A stretch of 62,526 nt of DNA, the filler included. It is 4 parts of 4 records of this genome, joined end to end, with 100 filler letters (N's around TTAATTAATTAA, not from the genome) between each part and the next. Parts side by side here need not be neighbours in the genome. Positions count along the whole stretch, not along the records: positions 37,363 to 53,112 come from SRR2962707_3372; positions 53,213 to 62,526 come from SRR2962707_3379; 2 more parts are not named here. One strand, given 5' to 3'. The notes under the pieces were generated by a model. That model saw nothing but the letters and a program-made list of their open reading frames with translations. It did not search any database and was not told the DNA's origin. Shown here in pieces: positions 47,501 to 54,805 of the stretch. Made by a program: the position numbers and the translations under genes. Each line of letters begins with the position of its first letter. The stretch's first letter is position 1.

Positions 47501-50378
47501 CCTTATTAAGAGACCAACTATTGATATCCTCGGCAGATTCTTCCGTAACCATTCTTGAAATAGAACTACTAAAATCATCCAAATCTTGATCAAAATCTTT
47601 TTTAAAGAATCCCCACATATCGAATTTATTTTTATTGTAAGGTTTATTCTTCTTTAAATAAGAAAAACTCATTTTTGGAATGACATCCGCACCTCCTTTA
47701 CCTAAAAATTTAAGACCATTTAAGGTTAGTTTTCCACTGGAACTATTGGGCGTGTTTGGTACCAAATCATAGTGGTCATTATTGAAATCAATCACTCTCA
47801 GTGAGTTGGAGGTAAGCGTGCTATTTATATCCTTTACATCCAGCACATTATCCGGTTTATGCTGATCAAATGTATAGGGCTCAAGTTCTAGATGACCACC
47901 ACTAAATTCGTTGGTCCACGAAACAGTATAAGGATTGAATTCACTCCAGTTTCCACTTGTTTTGTTTGCAGTTGCATATTCGTTTTCTATCAAAATAACC
48001 TTTGAAAGCCTCAATGATTTTGTTGGTTCACAATAGTAATTGAGATAAGAATATTGATCATCTCCAAGGCCAACAACTCTAATCTTTGCTCTTACCTGCA
48101 TGTCATCACCTTCGAATCCACCTTCCCTATTTTCATCAATAAGCGGATCGGTACTATAGGTTTTCCAAGGTTGGAAATGGTAGGACCTAAGATTTCTAAA
48201 ATACTTAAGGGAGCTTTTAGCATCTTCTCTTATATCTTTTACAAATAGTGCGGTATGCGTTTTTGTCTTAATAGCATCCAGGTAGTAAACCTCTTTTGTG
48301 CCTTCAGAAAAACTCTTGAATTCCGAATCGAGATCTTTCTCCATTCCTTTTCCAGGTGTTCGCCAGAAGTATTGATCCGTCCATTTTCCGTAATCAAACT
48401 CCACCCAATACCCCCAATCGTCTTCATCAAGCATTCCATTAGGCTCGGATCCATCTCCTCCTCCTCTATCGATATAGTCAGGGCCGGTTATCGCAGTGAG
48501 ATGCCAGGTATAAGCATATTTTTCCGGATTCTTATACTCATTGTACGTTAAGGTTTTGGATGTATTCTCTGAATAGGAATATTCATCGTAACTGTAGGCT
48601 GGTAATGTAAAATGATAGCTTACCCCAGACTCATTAGTGATTACATATGCTCCGATTTGACTACTTGGCGCAGATACTCGATCGAAACCAGACGATTTTG
48701 TTTCGACAAAACCAATCATATTCGGGGGCCAAATACCCTCATTTTCATAGGCATTCACCGCTCCAGCTATTTTGCTATTTGTATAATGCTTTACTTTTCT
48801 GGATGCTCCATTCAGCACACCATCAAAGAAATCACTATTTCCGTTTTCTCCAGACTGATGATTTGAAAACTGATGATACACCCCATTACTTCCTGTACTT
48901 GGCACTGTATGTCCATTATATGTGAATCTATTAGAGAAATCATTGATAAACCTGAATCCAACATTATTGGTCTGTGGATCATGATTAGCCCATGGATAAT
49001 GGATAACTTGATCCTCACCATTACTTTTGATTTCATGTCGTCTTACCAGATTTTGTTTATAGATATGAGGCCTCATACTTCCTGAAATGCCCTGAGCTAC
49101 CACATTATAATTATCAAAATTGGGAAACGTGCCCCCCCTGGCTTTGTCCGGGTTATTGTATGCGTCTGAGCCAATTTCAGAATTAGGATCCTGAAGTGAA
49201 TACACATCATAATCATGATCCACCAGATCCTGATAGGTGATTTTTTCACTCCCCGAGCCTCCTTCAGGAAAATGCAACGCGCCGCTTGTCAAAACATTAT
49301 CAGTTTGATCAATCCAATAGCGCTGATATCTGTATCCTAGATGAACCAGAGGAAGCGGTAGAGTTATACTATACCCGGATGTACTTATTTTATCTTTTTT
49401 ACTGTTGGTCACTTTGGCAACTCCGCCACCCACAGAAAGTGACGGTTTTATTCCACTTCCGCTAGAAGAAATTGATGCGCCTACTAGACTAAATCCTCCT
49501 TGTTGTATTCTAACATTACCAGAACCAACCGGAGGGCCATATGAAACACTTACTCCACCACCTGCATAGCTACTAACTGATTTGAAGTTTGTTGATACCC
49601 CTACGCTTCCTGAAAGATTCACAGCTGAATTCTGCCCTCCTGCGCTTAATCCAAAACCAGCCCCAGCTGAGGGATTACCCCAGGGATCAACTCCAAAATT
49701 AAAACCCACACTTGCGGGACTATTATCACCCCCTACTCCAATATTCAAACCCGTGAATCCGCCAACACCAAACCCCTGATAGGTGTCTTTACCGATTGAA
49801 ATCCCGGCGCTAACTCCAGCAATTCCGGCAATTCCTAAAGTCACCCCTACTTCAGCTACATGACTTTCTCCACCATCCCAGTAGAACCTATCCGTATGCT
49901 GAACATTCTTATGATCATCTGCAAAACCATTTACACTACGATTGATCGCCCCAGGATTAAGAGTCCAGCCCAACCCCACCCATGAAGCTTCTTCGTTGGG
50001 CATGATACCCGCATGATAAGAAAGGGAAAGTGGATATCCTCCGGCAGGTCCAGGGACTTCTAACAATGGGATATTGTAAGCTAAATCCCCTGATAGTAGA
50101 TTAACCATATCGGTAGTATCTACCGGTTCAAAACTGGTGTAGTCCGGAGAAGTAGGTCCCGATGTAAGCGCATACGCTACATTCGGCGCAAACAGACTGG
50201 ATAGGAAGTTTATAATGAAGAAAGCAGCAATGAGCTTGATGTGCTTTCTAATTGATTTGGTGGGAGAGCTCCCAGTTCTTCTTAATAATAATGGAGACAT
50301 CCCCCTGCCATCACGAAAGGCCTTCACGCCCCCCTTGAAAGGGGGAATCCCATTTTTAATTATTCGTAACAAGTTCAT
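44568..50378 (-). CDS. Large secreted YD-repeat protein with SpvB/TcB-like N-terminus
   Basis: Signal peptide ending AYA; VNLLSGDLAYNIPLLEVPGPAGGYPLSLSYHAG...ASWVGLGWTL; terminal YD repeat YEYDKMGRL; Cys-rich tail. Confidence 0.8.
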   Translation of the reverse strand: MNLLRIIKNGIPPFKGGVKAFRDGRGMSPLLLRRTGSSPTKSIRKHIKLIAAFFIINFLSSLFAPNVAYALTSGPTSPDYTSFEPVDTTDMVNLLSGDLAYNIPLLEVPGPAGGYPLSLSYHAGIMPNEEASWVGLGWTLNPGAINRSVNGFADDHKNVQHTDRFYWDGGESHVAEVGVTLGIAGIAGVSAGISIGKDTYQGFGVGGFTGLNIGVGGDNSPASVGFNFGVDPWGNPSAGAGFGLSAGGQNSAVNLSGSVGVSTNFKSVSSYAGGGVSVSYGPPVGSGNVRIQQGGFSLVGASISSSGSGIKPSLSVGGGVAKVTNSKKDKISTSGYSITLPLPLVHLGYRYQRYWIDQTDNVLTSGALHFPEGGSGSEKITYQDLVDHDYDVYSLQDPNSEIGSDAYNNPDKARGGTFPNFDNYNVVAQGISGSMRPHIYKQNLVRRHEIKSNGEDQVIHYPWANHDPQTNNVGFRFINDFSNRFTYNGHTVPSTGSNGVYHQFSNHQSGENGNSDFFDGVLNGASRKVKHYTNSKIAGAVNAYENEGIWPPNMIGFVETKSSGFDRVSAPSSQIGAYVITNESGVSYHFTLPAYSYDEYSYSENTSKTLTYNEYKNPEKYAYTWHLTAITGPDYIDRGGGDGSEPNGMLDEDDWGYWVEFDYGKWTDQYFWRTPGKGMEKDLDSEFKSFSEGTKEVYYLDAIKTKTHTALFVKDIREDAKSSLKYFRNLRSYHFQPWKTYSTDPLIDENREGGFEGDDMQVRAKIRVVGLGDDQYSYLNYYCEPTKSLRLSKVILIENEYATANKTSGNWSEFNPYTVSWTNEFSGGHLELEPYTFDQHKPDNVLDVKDINSTLTSNSLRVIDFNNDHYDLVPNTPNSSSGKLTLNGLKFLGKGGADVIPKMSFSYLKKNKPYNKNKFDMWGFFKKDFDQDLDDFSSSISRMVTEESAEDINSWSLNKVNTSLGSEIEISYSPDEYEVALMSKPSLLIKDIIVTNEAQNRLRLEFYNDISLGSFDNLVGKDIKLAALTRTTWSDFTSCDGSIQTRNWSWHQFNDLVKVISVNSNSMIVQNAELTTKAGYTDRVIVSGVLSLTNKQARLSRKGGGLKVDKISVNNGFSENITNYEYEEGATSYEPIGMGVPFGNLLSPDKTSCVREKENDAREIYAQNYYDIVFKKNQDLLKLATEIPSPGVLYGRVKVEESVKVDGVTRKLPSYSVYEFETFDPSMVGMYNPLEGQQNTSDHPGTKDPGFDVNFTTVKFKRASLQLKDYTNRVGNLKSITVYDQQDQLISKTENIYLHDQLPNGNSSEDKFYNNINEYEDLLDERFNNQGVIHEAYLSARYVRVPGDKFDLYAVTTAREKYPSIQLGTRKTNYRTGITSESRNLAFDFYSGQVTETYEEDGYGNKIATKSIPAYKTYGSMKAYNMLTQEGETYVFTLKDEFDPDDYSYDYSDPRALRRDAVGLISATFQSWSQGVDIMDGNTKYSSSAAFRKHKYYVNKNPRNSQSGFRQFNDDGTFNIEIADGYIPTFEIDDGYANPSLGWEEQSRITLYDVNSHALEAKDINGNFAATKFDNNNQRVFATVANARYDEFAYSGAEDDLVDIDNVKYFGGGVIKSGGAIIDISEGPVHTGTKSLRSSNSGNPFKYWLPASAAGRTFKASVWTTHPEAKLRYRIDGSTTVTAKPDESKKSGDWYLITLNVPVPSAFSNLEVFTLGVSDTEVYWDDFRVHPIDATMTSYAYNEWGELSDILDANNLYTHYEYDKMGRLKSVTRETFSNGPVKVSDAEIHYKSGRSTSFYGTITTSQIDYNTTRLSIDLSNEGSGDYKVRWDIDGNVSNTNGLNKNITLSSSEQIEIIATVTDNQTGLSFTDYQTKVITVCSPAGTLMSTRCETNSNGCYTGIMIKRYADGFCGYYEVEETVFSCIDGNNNLPGCEQ

Positions 50379-51093
50379 AGTACGGTTTGAGTTGTGTTAG
50401 TTTGGGTGTGTTTTTTAAATCTTCAAGACGGAAGCTAAAGCTTCTTCGCCCCGTTTTAAATCCAAATTCTTTACTGTTGATGGCAATCCAGTCATCATCG
50501 CTTACCTGTTCAGCATTGAATACCAGCAGCACATCACTGCTTTTGCTTAAGCCAAACATGCGGCTGTAGTAGGCATCCGCTAAAGGGATGGTATCCTGCT
50601 CTGCAGTGGTCATGTTTATATACTGTGGCATGCGGAAAGACAGGGTCTGAAGCTTGTCGCTAAAGTCGGACTGGTCCGCTGCTGTACCGTAGAGTGCATC
50701 CCGCTCTCCGGCCTGCAGCTGCATCACGAAATACAGGTACTGGCTATAGTTGTTTATCACATCTTTGATACGTGTGGTATCCTGCTCACCTTCCAGTTCC
50801 TGCCAGATCAAAAAGTCGTTTGGACGATAGGTGATCTTCATCGTAACCTCCCCGGTATTGATGGACCTGGAGACGTTATTGGATTCATCTGCCAGGTATT
50901 CTTGGAGTTCTTTTTCAGGGAGGTATTCGGGAGTGGTGCAGGAGGCTAGCAATAAGCCACAAGCAGCGAGGAGTAAGTAGAACCTCACCCTTCCAACACG
51001 CATATCAGACACACCACCCCTCAGAGGGGGATTAGATGCTGAAACAAGTTCAGCATGACTTATTTGTATATTATGTGGCCTAATCGTTTTCAA
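50356..51093 (-). CDS. Hypothetical lipoprotein of the Rhs operon
   Basis: Lipobox LLASC; overlaps both neighbours; REP-derived N-terminal extension. Confidence 0.75.
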   Translation of the reverse strand: MKTIRPHNIQISHAELVSASNPPLRGGVSDMRVGRVRFYLLLAACGLLLASCTTPEYLPEKELQEYLADESNNVSRSINTGEVTMKITYRPNDFLIWQELEGEQDTTRIKDVINNYSQYLYFVMQLQAGERDALYGTAADQSDFSDKLQTLSFRMPQYINMTTAEQDTIPLADAYYSRMFGLSKSSDVLLVFNAEQVSDDDWIAINSKEFGFKTGRRSFSFRLEDLKNTPKLTQLKPYYELVTNN

Positions 51094-51629
51094 AACCCTT
51101 GATAATTTTTGTTTAATGCTTCCTGGAGTTCTTCAGTGACATCCAGGTAGTCTTCGGCATAGACAATGTTGCCGGAATTGTTCGCTCCCAGGATGTAGGT
51201 ATACCCTTTCTTCTTTCCGTAGCTCTCGATGAATGCGTTTACCTCCGTCAGCACCTGCTCTGTCATCTGATAATCTTCCTGCTGAGACTTTTGCTGAATT
51301 CCTTTTTGGTAGTCCACCAATTGCTGTTGTTTGGTTCCAATGAGTTTTTCATTCAGCTCTCTTTCTTTTGTGCTCATGGATGATTTGCCTGCTTCATAGG
51401 CCTCAATTTCCCGGTTGAGCTCCGAACGCAGGGTATCAATGTTGGCTTGCCACAGAGTGGCCTTCTGCTGGTATTCCTGTCTGGCTACCTTCATGCCTTC
51501 ATAGTTTTCCAGCAATACATTGGTGTCTACATAGACAACCTTTTCATCCATAAAAAGTGTATACAGGCAAACACCCTGAATAATCAGAATGACGGTGAAA
51601 AGACCAATGGATACTTGTTTAAATGTCAT
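51090..51629 (-). CDS. OmpH/Skp-family chaperone with N-terminal TM
   Basis: KVVYVDTNVLLENY, long coiled coil, YGKKKGYTYILG...YAEDYLDVTEEL. Confidence 0.88.
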   Translation of the reverse strand: MTFKQVSIGLFTVILIIQGVCLYTLFMDEKVVYVDTNVLLENYEGMKVARQEYQQKATLWQANIDTLRSELNREIEAYEAGKSSMSTKERELNEKLIGTKQQQLVDYQKGIQQKSQQEDYQMTEQVLTEVNAFIESYGKKKGYTYILGANNSGNIVYAEDYLDVTEELQEALNKNYQGF

Positions 51630-52918
51630 TTGCTAATGGTTATTCCTAATCGTATGGTAAATTTCTTCTGTTGCAATTGCGATGGTGCTGTCAAGTTGTA
51701 CAATGCCGTGATACTGGTATTGATAAACTTGTATTTGAAATTGCGACCCAATCCCAGGTACGTATTCCTTTCTTTAATCGGGGTACCACCTTCACTCCCT
51801 GTGTTTTGTTTGATCCACTCAGATTCGCCATGGAGGAAGTAATTGCTGTAAAAGGTGTACTGGGCAAAAGTTCTTATCCCCCGCGTATTCAGGCTATCAC
51901 TTCCATTCAAAGAGATATTTGTTTGATAGCCAACTCCAACATTAATTTTCCTGATCGGGGCATAGGTGATAATTGGAGTCAGTTCAATGGCCTCTTTTGA
52001 AGCATCATATCGCATGTACCCTCCAATTGAAAATCGGGAAAGGGTATTCGTGCTTCCCTTTTGATCCTCTGCTGACTCTGGTGTCAATTGATCAAGTAGT
52101 TCCTGCTTTTTCCGCTCTTTTTGCTGTTCCAGCAAAGCTTCCGCAAGCTTTTCATCAGGTATTTCGGGTTTCTGATAATTAAACTTTTCGAGATCCGGAA
52201 CATACTGTTGCACCTGAGTACGAGGATCTTCCATTTGTTGGTCCAGGCCAAAGTCTTCAGATGCAATTTTTTCTTTTACCAGTGACTCGAGACGGTTTTC
52301 AATTCGCTGAGCGATGAGCGAGTCAGAAGGGATTTGATCACTGTAAGTGGAATCATATTCCAAAGACTGGTATTGATTATATGCTGACACTAAATCACTG
52401 TCAGGTAGCAGGTCTCTACCACTTTGGATGATTGAGTCCTTCTCGCTCATGCTTAACTGATCAAAATTCACAGAATCCATAGGGTATTGTCCCTTTACAT
52501 CTTGGTAGCTATCAGGCAATGCCGATTGCGTCAAGGCTGAATGATCTTTATTCAAATTCTGATCGGCATATTTCCCTTGGTAATCGTCAACCTCTTTCAA
52601 CTGACTCAGTTGGTCTATTTCTCCATGTAATTGGTTCAATTCCGAGGAATCCATCGATTGAAAAACCAGTTGGTACGTGGATAATTTGTCCTCACTTAAA
52701 TTAGTATTTTGCTTAAGCAGCTTTTTAAGCTTCTTCACCTTCTTATTCTTCAGTTTTGTGAGTTTCCGACTCGCTACCTTTTGCTTTTTAGGCTTTTTCA
52801 TGTCGGCGAACTGAATCGTAGTGGTAGGCACGGCTATTTTGGTCTGAGCTGATAGATCGGCTTGAATAGCGATTGCCAGTATGAGAATGAGAACAATATG
52901 GTGTCGGAGCTTAGTCAA
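51626..52918 (-). CDS. Exported protein: helical N-terminal region plus a C-terminal ~8-strand outer-membrane beta-barrel
   Basis: Signal peptide (LSA-Q); last ~135 aa are amphipathic strands ending FTIRLGITISK. Confidence 0.7.
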   Translation of the reverse strand: MTKLRHHIVLILILAIAIQADLSAQTKIAVPTTTIQFADMKKPKKQKVASRKLTKLKNKKVKKLKKLLKQNTNLSEDKLSTYQLVFQSMDSSELNQLHGEIDQLSQLKEVDDYQGKYADQNLNKDHSALTQSALPDSYQDVKGQYPMDSVNFDQLSMSEKDSIIQSGRDLLPDSDLVSAYNQYQSLEYDSTYSDQIPSDSLIAQRIENRLESLVKEKIASEDFGLDQQMEDPRTQVQQYVPDLEKFNYQKPEIPDEKLAEALLEQQKERKKQELLDQLTPESAEDQKGSTNTLSRFSIGGYMRYDASKEAIELTPIITYAPIRKINVGVGYQTNISLNGSDSLNTRGIRTFAQYTFYSNYFLHGESEWIKQNTGSEGGTPIKERNTYLGLGRNFKYKFINTSITALYNLTAPSQLQQKKFTIRLGITISK

Positions 52919-53111
52919 CTTTCTCTTCCAGGGCTTTTTCCAATTTTTTCACTCGCTCCAATAGTTCAATCTGATACAGAGTCATTTCTTCGATCTTCTT
53001 CAGCAACAACATATTCATCTCCCCCAGCTGCACGCCGTTCGCCTCCATTTCTTTGGCAGATGGGATTTCCGGGAGGTGCTTGTTTGCTTGGATGTAGGCT
53101 TCTGTTTCTTC
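52911..53111 (-). CDS. C-terminal fragment of a Bacteroidota tail-fibre-like protein with S74-like chaperone/coiled-coil end (not in ORF track)
   Basis: Manual translation: EETEAYIQANKHLPEIPSAKEMEANGVQLGEMNMLLLKKIEEMTLYQIELLERVKKLEKALEEKVD*. Its stop overlaps the next start. Confidence 0.8.
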   Translation of the reverse strand, partial: EETEAYIQANKHLPEIPSAKEMEANGVQLGEMNMLLLKKIEEMTLYQIELLERVKKLEKALEEKVD

Positions 53112-53112
53112 G

Positions 53113-53212
53113 NNNNNNNNNNNNNNNNNNNNNNNNNNNNNNNNNNNNNNNNNNNNTTAATTAATTAANNNNNNNNNNNNNNNNNNNNNNNNNNNNNNNN
53201 NNNNNNNNNNNN
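53113..53212. other. Artificial contig linker
   Basis: Same 100-bp spacer. Confidence 0.99.
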
Positions 53213-54790
53213 GGACCTCTTCCCCTCTCCTCCCCCCCCCCCACTTGCACCCACAAACAGACAATCAAACATACTTCTGCGGCCGGACGAGGTGTTGCTG
53301 GTGGAGGAAACCAAACTCCGAACGTCGGAGGCTCTCGCTGTGTTCGGGGAACTTGCGCATCACTGTGAACGCCCTGCACGAGTTTTGTGGGAGCTGCGCA
53401 ACCCCCCTTTTTTTTGCTATTTATTGTAGGTTTGGTATGAAACTTCGCGGTGTGTTGCTGATTGAAAGTCTGGAACATTATTAATTCTTGCAAAACCTTG
53501 GTTGGAAATGGTGCGCCATCGCATGCAGTTTTGACAGTTTTTTTTACCAAACAATGTGGTAGATATTTTATCCATTAGATTTGTCAGAGGTACCTTTTGC
53601 AGTTTTTATTAAAAACCAAGCACTTGAGCCTTTAACTCAGATTGTTGCCTGGCGTCAAGGGACGTGGGCGTAGAATACGAAGCCAGAGCGCTTGCCTCCA
53701 GCACTACAAGATGGGCCGTAGGCAAAATCATCAGCACTTGCACAAATACTGTAAACTGCAACTATTCAGTACGCAGCGAGCGCCCCGAAAACGTCAGCAT
53801 GGTCAACTGATAGCTTCAGAAGGAGGCAGCTCCAGTATTGACATCGCAAGACCACCGAGTATTTGCGTCGCAAACAATAATTGCACGCCACCTTCGACGC
53901 ATGGTGAACAGAAGCAGTTTTTACCACAAACCATCACTAGCAGCCAGCAAAAGTGGGTAAAACCTTTGAGTTCTTTGTTGTCCAGTGAACGTGCACGACT
54001 GCATGTGTTTAATACCTTGACTTTTTTTTCTTCCGAATTGTGCGGCACCAAGCGCTCTTGCGCGACAACTCTTTCCTGGTCCAGGGCAAACAAATTCCAA
54101 GAAAAAGCGAGTACAGATCTCAACAAACAGTGAACAAAAGAGCGTATGCGCGCAAGTTCCAACAGCAAAAGATTGTCGACGAACTTGCAACTCGAGTGTC
54201 GCCCGTGTTGGTGATGACTCTCAAACGAATGGCGGCCGAGGATCCGAAGGTGGACAAGGAAGCACACGCCTAAAAAAGCACAACAGCTTTCAAACAGATC
54301 CCTTTGTAACTCCAGAAAAACCTGTTGAAAGTGTTCAACAAAAGCTCGACGCGAAACGCTCGACCAAGTCGGGAGCGTCGAGAAAGTTGGGTCCTCAAAC
54401 ACTGACGATTCTACCTCCTCGACATGATTTATTCCGCCCGTTCGACCGACTCGCACAGGAGGAGGGCGACACTGATGTAGAGGCGATTGCATATGACCAA
54501 CGCGATGCAGTTGAGAGTGTTCGAGACGCAGTTTGCTGGTTGAAGTGCAACGTCCTGCCCTCCGACAGCCGTCGTATCAAATGGATGTGTTCAAGGGACC
54601 GCTTTGAGTCTACAATCGCGTTCTAGAACAATATCCGTGTTGCGGGGGAGCATACGCCGCCTGTGGATATGAGAAACTACTCGATGAGGTATTGTGTGAT
54701 GCCTGTGATGTCAATGCGCCCATGTTCAAGGATCTACCGGACACGGTTCGTTGTTCTTGTTTCGCATTTTTTCAAAATAAATTCACATTT
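53213..54790 (+). CDS. Possible spliced eukaryotic gene of unknown function (structure unresolved)
   Basis: Several open segments bounded by plausible GT/AG sites; no recognisable domain. Confidence 0.25.
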
Positions 54791-54805
54791 TTTATCACGC
54801 TTTTG

